In this document: positions 12,574-28,034 of the stretch, one piece after another
Layout of the letters: the number at the start of each line of letters is the position of its first letter
How positions within the stretch are numbered: position 1 is the stretch's first letter
DNA from: an uncultured delta proteobacterium
Lineage (GTDB): Bacteria > Myxococcota_A > Polyangia > Haliangiales > Haliangiaceae
NCBI GenBank assembly: GCA_963848295.1
Contig: CAWKDB010000010.1
Span: 672,001-736,000 of the forward strand
Direction: 5' to 3'
Length of the DNA: 64,000 nt
The notes under the pieces: model-generated
Told to the model about the DNA's origin: nothing
The model's database searches: none
What the model saw: only the letters and a program-made list of their open reading frames with translations
Program-made: the position numbers and the translations under genes

Positions 12574-13938
12574 TCATTTTGGCTGAAAGCCTTTTCGATA
12601 GATGCGGATCTTCCTGCGAGGATGTAATCCCCACGCCCTCGCCCTATCCGCGAACGTCGACTTCGGCATCCCCATCGAGATCGCCGCCGCGCGAATCGAT
12701 CCATACGCCGCGAGCGCCTGCGCCATCGCGTGCATCAGCTTCGCGTCGTAGCCGCCCGGATCGGCCGGATCGACGAGCTCGCCGAGCGGCGGCGGTTCGG
12801 TGCCGATCGCCGCTCGGCTGCGGCCGAGGCCGAGATCCGGGAAGAAGTCGCCGCGCTCGAGCACCGAGCCACCGATCGCGACCGCGCGCGCGACCGCGTT
12901 GCGCAGCTCGCGGACGTTGCCCGGCCAGTTGTAGGCGGCGAGCGCGCGCCACGCGTCGTCGGAGACCGTACGCCGGCCGTGGTGGTCGGCGAGCTCGTCG
13001 AGCGTGACCTCGACCAGCTCGCCGAGGTCGGACATCCGTTCGCGCAGCGGCGGTAGCGCGAGCACGACGGTCGCGAGCCGATGATAGAGGTCGAGCCGCA
13101 GCCGCGCCGATTCGGTGCCGAGGCCGGACAGCTGGTTCGTCGCGGCGATGATCCGGACGTCGACCGCGCGATCGATCGAGCCGCCGACGCGACGGATGCG
13201 GCGCGTCTCGAGCGCGCGCAGCAGGGTCGGCTGGAGCTCGATCGGGAGCTCGCCGATCTCGTCGAGAAACAACGAGCCGGCGTTCGCTTCGACGAACACG
13301 CCGTCGCGCGCGTCGACCGCCCCGGTGAACGCGCCGCGCTCGTGACCGAACAGCTCCGAGCCGACGAGCTCGCGCGGGATCGCGCCGCAGTTGACCGCGA
13401 CGAACGGCGCCGGCGATCGCTTCGAGCCCTCGTGGACGATGCGCGCGATCAGCTCCTTGCCGGTGCCGGTCTCGCCGACGATCAGCACGTTGCAGTCGGT
13501 CTGCGCCGCGCGCAGCGCCTGCTCGACGACCGTCCGCAGCGCCGGATCGGAGCCGCGCAGCAAGTCGAGCGCGCGCGAGCGCGGCGCGCCGGGTGCGGCG
13601 GTCGCGACCAGCGTCGTGCGTCCGACCGTGAGGTACGAGCCGACGCGCAGGTCGGCGCCTTCGATCGGGTTGCCGTCGACGAACGTGCCGTTGCGCGACT
13701 TGCGATCGCGCACGACGAGCCCGCCGGCGGGTCGGCGCTCGAGCACGCAGTGCATGCCCGACACGAACGGATCGCGCACGACGACGTCACAGCTCGCGCC
13801 CGATCCGATCACCCATCGCCGCGACTCGCCGGCAAGCGCGTGGATCTCGCCGTTGATCAGCGCACGCAACCCGACGACGATCGCGGCGCGACGATCATCC
13901 TGCGCGAGGGCCTGCGTATCTCGCTCGCTAAAGCTCAT
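12574..13938 (-). CDS. FHA-domain sigma-54-dependent transcriptional activator
   Basis: FHA (VSGMHC, SRNGTFVDG), Walker A GETGTGKE, GAFTGA, LFLDEIGE, WPGNVRELRN, C-terminal HTH. Confidence 0.93.
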   Translation of the reverse strand: MSFSERDTQALAQDDRRAAIVVGLRALINGEIHALAGESRRWVIGSGASCDVVVRDPFVSGMHCVLERRPAGGLVVRDRKSRNGTFVDGNPIEGADLRVGSYLTVGRTTLVATAAPGAPRSRALDLLRGSDPALRTVVEQALRAAQTDCNVLIVGETGTGKELIARIVHEGSKRSPAPFVAVNCGAIPRELVGSELFGHERGAFTGAVDARDGVFVEANAGSLFLDEIGELPIELQPTLLRALETRRIRRVGGSIDRAVDVRIIAATNQLSGLGTESARLRLDLYHRLATVVLALPPLRERMSDLGELVEVTLDELADHHGRRTVSDDAWRALAAYNWPGNVRELRNAVARAVAIGGSVLERGDFFPDLGLGRSRAAIGTEPPPLGELVDPADPGGYDAKLMHAMAQALAAYGSIRAAAISMGMPKSTFADRARAWGLHPRRKIRIYRKGFQPK

Positions 13939-14070
13939 AACCGACCTCCGGTGCGCATATCGGACATGGCCGTGGCGGGTTGCCACAGATGTGCCGCGCC
14001 AAGTCGGCGGAATGTCGTCGACGTGCGTCCGGATTGTCCGAAATCGTGCGGGTCTGGCCGGCCGGGGGCC

Positions 14071-14107
14071 GAAAAGACAAAACGGCCAGCCGGTGAAGGC
14101 TGGCCGT
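14071..14107 (-). terminator. Intrinsic terminator of the 14131..15375 gene
   Basis: 10-bp stem ACGGCCAGCC/GGCTGGCCGT followed on the minus strand by TTTGTCTTTT. Confidence 0.75.
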
Positions 14108-14130
14108 GGTCGCGTTAGCGACGAGCTCGG

Positions 14131-15375
14131 TTACTTGACCAGGCGCGCCGAGGTCATGTACGGGTGGCGGAGCTGCGGCAACCCGGCCGGGCGGTGCCGC
14201 CTGCCGAATTGCGTGGTCACCATCCCGGTGTCGGTGCTGACGCAACCGAACTCGACGCCACCGCAGTCAGCCGAGCCCGCGTTCGTGAACGCGCAGTTCG
14301 CGTCGTTGTCGGCGGTGGTGATCGGCAGAGCCCCGCACGCCGGGAACGCGGTGCCGTCCGAGGTCGTGCCCGAGGTACCCGTGAAGTGCAGCAACGTGTG
14401 GTCGAGGCAGAGGCCGACCGTGTTCGAGGTCTTCGACAACAGCACGCCGTCGGTGTCCTGCTCGAACCACCACGAGTAGATGCACTGGTCGCCGACGCCG
14501 AAGTGGCCGTTTGCGTCGGTTGCATCGCAGGCGTGCGGCGACGCACCGAGGTCCTGCACCATCGTCGTCGCGCAGTTCGTGCTGCCCTTGTAGCAGTCTT
14601 GCGGCGCGCAGACCGCGATACACACGAAGGTGTTGATGCCGGTCTGGTCATCCTGGATGTACGGGATGTAGCCCTGGGCGCAGCCGTTCTTGTACGCGTT
14701 CGCGCCGTCGGGGGTCGCGCAGCCGTTGGCCGAGGTGCACATCGAGCGATGGTCGAGCGTGGTGTTCGGCGCGCCTGCGCAGGTCCATGCCGTCGGAGCG
14801 CCCGAGCCGCCCGAGAAGCCGGGGAAGCAACCCTCGGTCTTACCGCAGACAATGCCGGTCTTCGGCGGGCTCACGCCCGACCCGTCGAGGAAGTCGTTGT
14901 CGGTGAGCGGATCACAAACCGGATCGCACACGCCGCCCGCTTCCATGTTCGGTGGGCCAAGGAAGCCGTAGTAGGTCTGGCAAGCGTGCGTGGCGTCGCA
15001 GGCCGGGGAGCCGGTCTCCGAGCAGATCTGCTTGCAAACGCCGCCGATGCACACGTCACCGGTCTCGCAGTTGTCATCGCCCGTGGCGTTCGAGCCGCCG
15101 GTGCCGTACTGACACGCGCCGCCGAGAGCGACGGTGCCATCCGCGGCGCAGCCGATGTGGCCGATGTCCGGGTTGCCGTTCGAGCCGTCCTGGTCGATGA
15201 ACCAGGTGCACTTCTGGCCCGGATCGCAGCCGGTCTGGGTCAGCACGTTGCAGGTGGGTGCGCTGTCAACGCCGCCGGTGTCTTGGAACGAGATGGCGTC
15301 GGGCTTCTCGCTGTTCTTGCACGCGGCCAGCAGGCCGATGCAGATCGATAGCGCCCCAATGGCTAGCTTCCTCAT
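14131..15375 (-). CDS. Cysteine-rich lipoprotein
   Basis: GGAG RBS, lipobox LAAC, many Cys (CNVLTQTGCDPGQKC). Confidence 0.85.
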   Translation of the reverse strand: MRKLAIGALSICIGLLAACKNSEKPDAISFQDTGGVDSAPTCNVLTQTGCDPGQKCTWFIDQDGSNGNPDIGHIGCAADGTVALGGACQYGTGGSNATGDDNCETGDVCIGGVCKQICSETGSPACDATHACQTYYGFLGPPNMEAGGVCDPVCDPLTDNDFLDGSGVSPPKTGIVCGKTEGCFPGFSGGSGAPTAWTCAGAPNTTLDHRSMCTSANGCATPDGANAYKNGCAQGYIPYIQDDQTGINTFVCIAVCAPQDCYKGSTNCATTMVQDLGASPHACDATDANGHFGVGDQCIYSWWFEQDTDGVLLSKTSNTVGLCLDHTLLHFTGTSGTTSDGTAFPACGALPITTADNDANCAFTNAGSADCGGVEFGCVSTDTGMVTTQFGRRHRPAGLPQLRHPYMTSARLVK

Positions 15376-15717
15376 TAATTGTCTCCTCGAGCTCCGTTGG
15401 AAGTTCTGCCGCTGGGAATCGCCCCAAGTGCACGGCGGTTAAAGATGGCGGGACCCTAACGATGTTGCCTCGGGGGGTCAAGTCCAATTCGGGTCTTGAT
15501 CGTCCCCGTTCCGAGGTCCCTGTCATATGACGTCACCGACGGAGAAACGGCGATGATCAACGTCACGCGACAGCGGCGCCAGCGCTAACAAAACCTCGTC
15601 AACTGATGCGTCGAGTCGCACGCACTGCGCATGGTTTCGAGCGAATGATGAGGGTTAGCACCGTCGAGAAATGCGCCGGGCGATCCCGCTCGGCCGTCGC
15701 TGACGTAAGATGGCGCG

Positions 15718-17004
15718 GTGTCGGCCGAAGGAGGCATCCGCTTCGGTCAGTACGTCCTCCAGCGCCGGATCGCGCGCGGCGGCATGGCCGAGGTGTTCCT
15801 CGCCCAGCAGCACGGCCTCGAGGGTTTCGACCGGCGCGTCGCGGTCAAGCGGATCTTGCCGCACCTCGCGGACTCACCCGACTTCATCAAGATGTTCCTC
15901 GGCGAGGCCAAGCTCGCCGCGCAGCTCTCGCATCCGAACGTCGTCCATATCTACGAGTTCGGCAAGGTCGGCGCCGACTACTTCATCGCGATGGAGTATG
16001 TCGACGGCGTCAACACCGGCCAGCTGTGGAACTACGGCCAGACCGAGCGGCTGCCGGTCACGCTGGTCGCTCGGCTCGGCGCGGACGCCGCGACCGCGCT
16101 GCACTACGCGCACGAGCTGCGCGCGAACGGCAAGCCGCTCGGCCTGGTCCATCGCGACGTGTCGCCGGCGAACTTGATGGTGTCGTTCGACGGGGTCGTC
16201 AAGCTGTGCGACTTCGGCATCGCGAAGGCGGCCGCGATCGGCGATCAGCTGACGAACCCGGGCCAGGTCAAGGGCAAGTACGCGTACATGTCACCGGAGC
16301 AGACGGTCGGCTCGCCGCTCGACGGCCGGAGCGACGTGTTCTCGCTCGCGATCGTGCTGTGGGAGCTCGTGACCGGCAAGCTGATCGTCCGGCGCACCGA
16401 TGCGGTCGAGGCGATGCGCGCGATCCGCGACGGCCGGCTCGAGTCGATCGCGCGCGCGGCGCCGCACACACCGCCCGCGCTCGCCGAAGCGATCGAGTGG
16501 GCGCTCGAGACTCGGCGCGAAGGGCGAGCGACCGCCGCCGATCTCGCGCAAGCGCTCGAGGCGTTCATCAAGTCGGCGCCGGACATCGCAACCCCGATGC
16601 AGCTCGGCGCGTGGGTGCGGCAGCGCTTCACCCGCGATGCGACCGGCGAGGTCACGCCCGCGCCCGCGCGGACCGACGGCGCACGACCCGGGCCACACAC
16701 CGAGGTCGCATCGGTGACGCCGGAGTCCGACACCGCGGTCACGGTCGCGCTGATCCGGCCGCAATTGTCAGAGGCCGAGCTCGTCGCGACGCCCGGCGAT
16801 AGCGCGATCGCGCCGCCGCCGGCCGCGATCCAGCCGACCGCGATCGTCGCGCCGCTGCCCGCGCGCGCATCGGGGCGCAAGGCCGACCGCCGCGCGGCAA
16901 CCCGGCTCGCGGTGCGCCGCCAGCGCACGCGCCGGATCGTCGCGATCGCTGGCCTGGTCGTGCTCGCGGTCGCGAGCTTCCTGATCGCGCTCGCGGTGCT
17001 GTAG
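15718..17004 (+). CDS. Ser/Thr protein kinase with C-terminal TM helix
   Basis: ARGGMAEV, VAVKRI, HRDVSPAN, DFGIAK, GKYAYMSPEQ. Confidence 0.95.
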   Translation: MSAEGGIRFGQYVLQRRIARGGMAEVFLAQQHGLEGFDRRVAVKRILPHLADSPDFIKMFLGEAKLAAQLSHPNVVHIYEFGKVGADYFIAMEYVDGVNTGQLWNYGQTERLPVTLVARLGADAATALHYAHELRANGKPLGLVHRDVSPANLMVSFDGVVKLCDFGIAKAAAIGDQLTNPGQVKGKYAYMSPEQTVGSPLDGRSDVFSLAIVLWELVTGKLIVRRTDAVEAMRAIRDGRLESIARAAPHTPPALAEAIEWALETRREGRATAADLAQALEAFIKSAPDIATPMQLGAWVRQRFTRDATGEVTPAPARTDGARPGPHTEVASVTPESDTAVTVALIRPQLSEAELVATPGDSAIAPPPAAIQPTAIVAPLPARASGRKADRRAATRLAVRRQRTRRIVAIAGLVVLAVASFLIALAVL

Positions 17005-17028
17005 TCGGAACGGCGTCAGCGCTCGGCG

Positions 17029-17121
17029 CGGTTGACAAAGATTCCTCCGTCCCCGGCTAACCCCGCCTGATCACAGGCTGGTGCTCCATCGGACCGGTTG
17101 ACAAAGATTCCTCCGTCCCCG
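17029..17121. repeat. Two perfect 27-bp direct repeats CGGTTGACAAAGATTCCTCCGTCCCCG with a 39-bp spacer
   Basis: Copies at 17029..17055 and 17095..17121, between convergent genes. Confidence 0.9.
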
Positions 17122-17128
17122 TCCCCCG

Positions 17129-18127
<999 letters not shown>

Positions 18128-18175
18128 GGGCCCGGGTGTACTGCGATCGGCGCGCGCCGTCTAGCGCGCGGCACC

Positions 18176-18559
18176 CTACCCGCGCTCGATGATCGCGCGC
18201 AGCTCGTCGGGCAGCTTCCGCGGCCGACCATCGAGCCCGACCACCGCGTGGCGGGTCGCCCCGTCAGCGATCAGATCCGCGCCGCGCCGTACGCTGTACG
18301 CGAACCGCAGCGAGGCGTGGCGCAGCTCGGAGATCTCGGTGTGGACGTCGAGCAGGTCCTCGTAGCGCGACGGCTTCTTGTAGGCGCAGTGCGCCTCGAC
18401 CACCGGCAGCGCGACGTTCCACGCCTCGATGTCCTTGTGGGTGCGACCGAGCGACCGCCAGTACTCCGCGCGCGCACCCTCGAAGATCCGCAGGTAGTTC
18501 GCGTAGTAGACGACGCCCATCTGGTCGGTGTCGCCGAAGATCACGCGGATAGTGATAGA

Positions 18560-18563
<4 letters not shown>
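18176..18563 (-). CDS. YbgC/FadM-family acyl-CoA thioesterase (one indel near the start)
   Basis: VIFGDTDQMGVVYYANYL; ATG at 18563 overlaps the hom stop (ATGA). Confidence 0.88.
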
Positions 18564-22311
<3,748 letters not shown>

Positions 22312-22388
22312 GGCGGTCTCCTGTTCAGCTGCGGAGTGTGTCCGGTAATCGCTGCCAGATGCGGTGACTTAAGCCACCGCGCGGTCGT

Positions 22389-24230
22389 TTAATCCTGGAG
22401 GTCACAATTCGGGTCGCTGGGGTGGCCGTCGCAGTACTGCGCGCGGCAGTGCTTGTCGTGTGGGTCCTTCACGACCTTCGAGCAGTCGGGGTGTCCAGGC
22501 GGCGGGGGATGATTCGTTAGAACGTTCGGATGGCCGGAGTCCGGAATCCGTTCGAGCGAGACCACGAGTTTCTTGGTCTTGCCGTCGATCGTGACGGTCT
22601 TGTCCTTGTAGCCAGCGCGCTTGATCACGACGGTGCGCGGCGTGCCGGGCGTGATGTCGATGTTGTCCGGGCCGTCGAACAGCTTCTTGCCAGCTTCCAC
22701 CACCGCGAACGCGCCGACGTACGGCTTGGTCTCGATCAGGATTTCGAGCGCCGCGGGGGTCGCGGCCGAGCCCGCCGAGCCGCTGCCATCGCTCGGCACG
22801 GTCGCCGACCCAGACCCGTTGCTGCCCGTGCCTGGCACCGTCGCCGACCCCGAGCCGTTGCTGCCCGTGCTCGGCCCGGTCGCCGACCCCGAGCCGTTGC
22901 TGCCCGTGCTCGGCACCGTCGCCGACCCCGAGCCGTTGCTGCCATCGTGATCGGGCGGCGTCGTGCTGCCCGACCCGGGCCTCGGATCGTTCGTCGCGAC
23001 CGCGCTGCCGCTGCCGCCCTTGCCGCTCTGGCCGACGAGCACGACCGCGGTGATGCCGCCGCCCACGGCGAGCAGCGCGACGATCGCGATGATGAGGCCG
23101 GTCTTGCTCTTGCGAGCGACGTCGACGACGTGCGCACTCGGGTCGTAGAGCGGCGCGCCACCGGTCTGCGCGGCCTGCGCCGGTAGAAACGGCTGGCTGC
23201 CCGACGGGCTCGCCGCGATCGTCTGCTGATACGAATTGAGCTGCGGCACGCCGGTCATCGGGGCCGGCGTCGGTTGCGACATGTGCGGGACCGCCGCCAT
23301 GTACGTGCTCATCCCCGGGCCGGCGATGCCGCGATAGATCGCGACGAGCGCGTTGACGAGCTCGTCCATCGTCTGGAAGCGCTGCGCCGGATTCTTCTGC
23401 ATCGCGCGCGTGACGATCTCGGCGATGCCGGGCGGCGGGTTTCGACCGGCGCGCGCCGCGCGTTGCGCGAACGGCTCGGGCTCGCTCGTGATGTGCTGCG
23501 TGAGGATGCCCATGAACGACTCGCCTTGAAACGGCAGCGAGCCGCTGAAAGCCTCGTACATGATCACGCCCATCGCGTAGATATCGGTGCGGGCGTCGAC
23601 CGGGTTGCCGAGCGCCTGCTCCGGCGCCATGTAGAACGGCGTGCCGAAGATCGTGCCGGTGCGGGTCAGGTGGTTCTGACCATCGTTGCCGGAGACCTTC
23701 GCGATGCCGAAGTCGAGGATCTTCGGGATGTCTTCGCCCTGCGGCCCGATCGTGACGAAGATGTTCTCGGGCTTCATGTCGCGGTGGATGATGTTCTTCG
23801 CGTGCGCGGCGGCGAGCCCGTGACCGGTCTGGATCAAGATGTTCAACATCCGATCGACCGGCATCGGTTGCAGCAGCATGTCGTTCAAGGCAGCTCCGTT
23901 GAGGAGCTCCATGCACATGTAGATCCGGCCGTCGGCGAGCTGATTGAAGTCGTCGATCGCGATGATGTTGCGGTGTCCGATCGACGAGCTCGACCGCGCC
24001 TCTTGCTGGAAGCGCTTGACCGCTTCGGCGTTGCTCACGATCTCGGCTTTGAGCAGCTTGACCGCGTACTTCTTCTCGATGTGGATGTGCTCGGCCGCGT
24101 AGACCTCGCCCATCCCGCCCTCGCCGATCAGCTTGAGGATGCGGTAACGCCCATCGAGGATCTGACCGACCAACGATGGCTTATCGACAGGCGCCATCGA
24201 TCCGGATGCCGGAGGTCCGTCAAAGCTCAT
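22389..24230 (-). CDS. Membrane Ser/Thr protein kinase with extracellular PEGA-like region
   Basis: [34 protein letters not shown] helix, tandem [13 protein letters not shown] repeats. Confidence 0.95.
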   Translation of the reverse strand: MSFDGPPASGSMAPVDKPSLVGQILDGRYRILKLIGEGGMGEVYAAEHIHIEKKYAVKLLKAEIVSNAEAVKRFQQEARSSSSIGHRNIIAIDDFNQLADGRIYMCMELLNGAALNDMLLQPMPVDRMLNILIQTGHGLAAAHAKNIIHRDMKPENIFVTIGPQGEDIPKILDFGIAKVSGNDGQNHLTRTGTIFGTPFYMAPEQALGNPVDARTDIYAMGVIMYEAFSGSLPFQGESFMGILTQHITSEPEPFAQRAARAGRNPPPGIAEIVTRAMQKNPAQRFQTMDELVNALVAIYRGIAGPGMSTYMAAVPHMSQPTPAPMTGVPQLNSYQQTIAASPSGSQPFLPAQAAQTGGAPLYDPSAHVVDVARKSKTGLIIAIVALLAVGGGITAVVLVGQSGKGGSGSAVATNDPRPGSGSTTPPDHDGSNGSGSATVPSTGSNGSGSATGPSTGSNGSGSATVPGTGSNGSGSATVPSDGSGSAGSAATPAALEILIETKPYVGAFAVVEAGKKLFDGPDNIDITPGTPRTVVIKRAGYKDKTVTIDGKTKKLVVSLERIPDSGHPNVLTNHPPPPGHPDCSKVVKDPHDKHCRAQYCDGHPSDPNCDLQD

Positions 24231-24272
24231 GTGCGCATCATTATAACGCGCGAGCCCGGGCATTGCTGGCAG

Positions 24273-25022
24273 TTACGGCGTCCGGCATACCCCTACACCG
24301 TGGTCGGTCGCGTTTTGGTCGACGTTGAGCTCGCATACGTCGTTGTCCGGGCACGCCGAGTCGGCGGCCAGCCCGCACGCATCGAGGGGTGCCGCCGGAA
24401 CCAGCGCACAGGCCCCTTCCACGCACGCAGGCGCGAGGTCGGTCGCGCACGTATCGACGCCTGGACACTGCGGATTCATCGGACAGTCCAGCTGGGCCTG
24501 GTGCGTCGCGACATCGCCGTTCGGGACGGCGGTGTCGGTGCCGCCGAGCGCGCAACCGCAGCAATCGGCTTCGACCCGCGTGCAGTCGGTGTCGAGCGCG
24601 CAAGCCGGCGGGCTGCTACCGCCATCAGCGCACGCGCACGTCAGACAGCCGTTCGCGTCGAGCGCGAAGCCGCTGTCGCACGTCAGGTCGCACGTCATCG
24701 CCGCGCAGGTCAGCACGCACGAGCCCTCGTTACAGGCGGCGCGCACGTCGCTCGAGCACGTCTGCGACTGACACGGCACGTCCTCGCATGCCGCGTGTGC
24801 CGGATCGCTGACCGGAATCGCATAGGTCGGGCACGCGCAGCAGTCGGTGCCGGCGAGGGCGCAGTCGCTGTCTTGGTTGCATTCCTCGATGCCAGCTTCG
24901 TCCGAGCCCGAGCCGTCGCCACCACCGGGTACTTCGGACGCGTCGGTCTTGACGCCGCAGCCGACGGCGACCAGACACGCGAGGAGGATCGAAGACCGCA
25001 AGTAGCTTCCTAGCAAGAGCAC
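24273..25022 (-). CDS. Cysteine-rich lipoprotein with antistasin-like motif
   Basis: Lipobox AVGC; CDLTCDSGFALDANGCLTCAC; two CxxDxDC...DCC.C modules. Confidence 0.75.
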   Translation of the reverse strand: MLLLGSYLRSSILLACLVAVGCGVKTDASEVPGGGDGSGSDEAGIEECNQDSDCALAGTDCCACPTYAIPVSDPAHAACEDVPCQSQTCSSDVRAACNEGSCVLTCAAMTCDLTCDSGFALDANGCLTCACADGGSSPPACALDTDCTRVEADCCGCALGGTDTAVPNGDVATHQAQLDCPMNPQCPGVDTCATDLAPACVEGACALVPAAPLDACGLAADSACPDNDVCELNVDQNATDHGVGVCRTP

Positions 25023-25112
25023 ACGTCGTGCCGAGCGTAACCCGGCGAGATCAGGACGCGCTACCTCAGTTTTCCGAGGCGTGATCAGACCGATCCTTTA
25101 GGGTGCCTCGCG

Positions 25113-25751
25113 ATGGGCTCCAAGATCATCACGAAGACCGATCGGCAGATGGAAGATCAGATGCTCGCCGTCGCCGCCGACCCGATGCGCGCGGACACAC
25201 TGGCGAAGGCCCGTGCGTTCAAGCGGACGTGGCTCGAGCTCGCCGAGGCGCTCGCCGCCGTGCAGCATGGCGCGACCTGGCAGCGCTGGGGCTTCACCGA
25301 CTTCGACGCGTACTGCCGCAAGGAGCTGCACCTGCGGTCGTCGACGGTCGCGAAGCTGCTCGGCAGCTACCGGTTTCTCGAGACGTCGGCGCCGCGCGTG
25401 CTCGAGCGCGCCCGCACCGACCACTTCGAGGCGCCGATCCCGACGATGCCCGCGGTCGAGTTCGTCCAGCGGGCGACCGAGCGCGCCGCCGCCGATCCCG
25501 AAACGCTCGAGACCATCCAGCGGGTCGCGTTCGACGAAGGCCTCGAGGCGCCGATGCTCGCCCGCCGGTTCAAAGATGTCGCGTTCCCAGAGACCGACCG
25601 CGATCGCCGCGAGAAGCTGCGCTCGCACATCGCGCAAGCCGCGCGCCGGCTGTCGTCGCTGATCGCCGAAGAGGGCTCGCCGGTGCCGAAGAAGATCGCG
25701 ATCCGACTCGAGGAGACGGTCGGCGAGCTGCTCGAAGCGATCGAGAACTGA
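25113..25751 (+). CDS. Conserved-looking hypothetical helical protein
   Basis: Clean ORF with strong codon bias; WQRWGFTDFDAYCRKELHL motif. Confidence 0.75.
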   Translation: MGSKIITKTDRQMEDQMLAVAADPMRADTLAKARAFKRTWLELAEALAAVQHGATWQRWGFTDFDAYCRKELHLRSSTVAKLLGSYRFLETSAPRVLERARTDHFEAPIPTMPAVEFVQRATERAAADPETLETIQRVAFDEGLEAPMLARRFKDVAFPETDRDRREKLRSHIAQAARRLSSLIAEEGSPVPKKIAIRLEETVGELLEAIEN

Positions 25752-25767
25752 GTCGAACCGCGACGAG

Positions 25768-26427
25768 CTACGCGACCGCGAGCTTGATCGCCTGCGCGAG
25801 CAAGTACACCGCGTAGCCCATCAAGGCGATGCCGATCACGCGCGGGATCCAGGCGGCCTTCTCGCCGAGCACGCTCTTGCCTTTGTGGGTGAGGTACCCG
25901 ACGAGCGAGAACCAGCCGAAGCTGCCGCAGAACACGCCGATCGCGCACGCCGCGCCTTCGATCGTCGTCGGCGGGGTGTCGGTCACCTTCGACACGATCG
26001 AGCCCATGATCACGACCCAGGTCACGACCGCGGCGGGGTTGAGGATGATCAGCGCGACGCCGACCTTGTAGCCCTGCCACATCTCCTTCTTGTGATCGCT
26101 CGGCGCCTCCTCGCGCTCGCTGTGATGGGTTGGCTGCACCGGCTGACTGCGCGCGGTGAGAAAGCCGTAGACCAACAACACGACGCCGCTGATCGCATAG
26201 AGGATCTGCAGCACGAGCGGGTACGTCTTGAGCACCGGCGTCACGCCGAGCACGCCCAAGGCCGAGTACAAGCAATCGCCGCTCGCGGCGCCGAGCCCGA
26301 CCATCAGCGCGCGGCGCAGCGTGTGACGATACGCGGCATCGATCACCGCGACGTTGGCCGGGCCGATCGGAACGCCCGTGATGGCGCCCGCGACGATACC
26401 GGTCAACAAGAACGTCAGCGTCAGCAC
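25768..26427 (-). CDS. LysE-family transporter
   Basis: GVPIGPANVAVI, GLGAASGD, LIILNP, six TM helices. Confidence 0.88.
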   Translation of the reverse strand: MLTLTFLLTGIVAGAITGVPIGPANVAVIDAAYRHTLRRALMVGLGAASGDCLYSALGVLGVTPVLKTYPLVLQILYAISGVVLLVYGFLTARSQPVQPTHHSEREEAPSDHKKEMWQGYKVGVALIILNPAAVVTWVVIMGSIVSKVTDTPPTTIEGAACAIGVFCGSFGWFSLVGYLTHKGKSVLGEKAAWIPRVIGIALMGYAVYLLAQAIKLAVA

Positions 26428-26500
26428 GAGGGCTCGACCACCCGTGCTATACAGCAGCGTGACTTCGCCTGCTACGGCGAATGACGGTGGTTCTACCGCG

Positions 26501-27250
26501 GTGACGATCGCCGGGCCGTCCGTGACCTGGCTCGGCCATGCCACCGCGGTCGCTAGCCTCGGCACCGGCCGCGTGCTGTTCGACCCGCTGCTGCCGTGGC
26601 GCGCGCGTGCGGCCGGGCCCGTCGACGTCGTGCTCGTGACGCACTCGCATGTCGATCACCTCAACCGCTGGAGCCTCAAGGCCGTCGATCGCGCGGCGCA
26701 GCTCGTCGTGCCGCACGGCTGCAAGGACATCGTGTCCGACCTCGGGTTCTCGCGCGTGATCGAGATGACCGCGGGCGACCAGCACGAGGTCGCCGGCTTG
26801 CAGATCGAAGCGGTCGGCACGCGCCACGATAACGGCCGCTGGCGCAAACGCGCGCTGCCCGAGTGCGTCGGCTATGTCGTCAAGGGCGGCGGCGCGACGC
26901 TGCATCACGCCGGCGATGTCGACTTCTCGGATCACTCCGTGTTCGATACGATCGGCAAGCGGTTCGCGATCGACGCGACGTTGTTGCCGATCGGCGGGAT
27001 GCTGCCGGTCTGGTACTACCGGCTGCGCCGCAAGTCGTTCGACAACGGCATCCACATCGATCCGGACTGCGCGCTCGACATCTACGAGCGCCTCGGCGCG
27101 AAGCAACTCGTGCCGGTCCATTGGGGCACGGTCCACGTGCTCGGCCTGCCCGGCTCGCCGCGGCGCCGGCTCGCGAAGGCCGTCGACGTGCGCGACGCCA
27201 AGGGCGTGCGCATCCTCGGCCACGGCAGCTCGCTTCAGATCGCGCCCTGA
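26501..27250 (+). CDS. MBL-fold metallo-hydrolase (UlaG/NAPE-PLD-like)
   Basis: VTWLGHAT, THSHVDHL, HHAGD, LLPIGG, VPVHWGT. Confidence 0.88.
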   Translation: MTIAGPSVTWLGHATAVASLGTGRVLFDPLLPWRARAAGPVDVVLVTHSHVDHLNRWSLKAVDRAAQLVVPHGCKDIVSDLGFSRVIEMTAGDQHEVAGLQIEAVGTRHDNGRWRKRALPECVGYVVKGGGATLHHAGDVDFSDHSVFDTIGKRFAIDATLLPIGGMLPVWYYRLRRKSFDNGIHIDPDCALDIYERLGAKQLVPVHWGTVHVLGLPGSPRRRLAKAVDVRDAKGVRILGHGSSLQIAP

Positions 27251-27456
27251 AACTTGAGCGCGCCGATCACGCCGATCGCGCCGATCACGATGCCCATCGC
27301 GTAGCCGAACTGCTTGTCGCGGTTGACGCCGACGCTGCGATCGAGCTTGCGCGCGCGCCATAGCAAGCCGACGTCGCGCACGCCCCAGATCGCGCCGGAT
27401 CCGCCGGTGACGATCGTGAGGAACCACGCGAACGCGTTGTCGGACACGAGGTTCAT
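27235..27456 (-). CDS. Small two-TM membrane protein
   Basis: GGAGGG RBS; ATG overlaps the upstream stop (ATGA); 73 aa. Confidence 0.7.
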   Translation of the reverse strand: MNLVSDNAFAWFLTIVTGGSGAIWGVRDVGLLWRARKLDRSVGVNRDKQFGYAMGIVIGAIGVIGALKFQGAI

Positions 27457-28034
27457 GCGCCCTCCGCCGGAATCGGATCGACGAGCATCCGCTTGGTGTC
27501 GTGCGCGATGATCAGCGCCATCACCGGCACGAACAGCCAGTAGAAGTAGCGGACTTCCATCCCGCCGGTCGCGAACCCGACCAGGAACCCGGTGTACGCG
27601 ACGAGCCGCTCCATCGCGTACGACTTGTAGTTCGTGGTCCGGCCCGCGCGCTTCGTGTAGACCGCGCGGAACGCCGTGTTGATGACGCCGAGCCCGATCA
27701 CGAGCACGACGGGGATGACCGGCGCCAACCCGTACGCAGCGACGACGATCAGGCAGAAGCCGTAGCAGATCGCATCGGTGACCGCATCGAACAGCTCGCC
27801 GAACGGGCTCTTGCAGTGGAACAGCTTCGCGACCAGGCCGTCGAGCTTGTCGAGCAAGCCGCAGATCAAGACGAACAGCGTCGCGTACTGCGCATAGCCA
27901 TGCGCGACCGCCCACACGAACGGCGGCAGGAACAGAAACCGCGACGCGGTGACCGCGTTCGCCGGGTTGAGCTTCGGCACGACGCGCGGAGCCGGCACCG
28001 CCGCGGTCGGGAGCTCGATCGCTTCCGCCACCAT
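27453..28034 (-). CDS. CDP-alcohol phosphatidyltransferase
   Basis: NPANAVTASR; DKLDGLVAK...SPFGELFDAVTD matches DxxDGxxAR...GxxxDxxxD. Confidence 0.9.
   Translation of the reverse strand: MVAEAIELPTAAVPAPRVVPKLNPANAVTASRFLFLPPFVWAVAHGYAQYATLFVLICGLLDKLDGLVAKLFHCKSPFGELFDAVTDAICYGFCLIVVAAYGLAPVIPVVLVIGLGVINTAFRAVYTKRAGRTTNYKSYAMERLVAYTGFLVGFATGGMEVRYFYWLFVPVMALIIAHDTKRMLVDPIPAEGA

Noticed and set aside
17029..17121. CRISPR array (27-bp repeat, 39-bp spacer)
   Set aside because: Only two repeats, not palindromic, no leader, no cas genes in the window
22770..22945. 39-bp tandem repeats as an array
   Set aside because: In-frame [13 protein letters not shown] linker of the kinase, with no spacers
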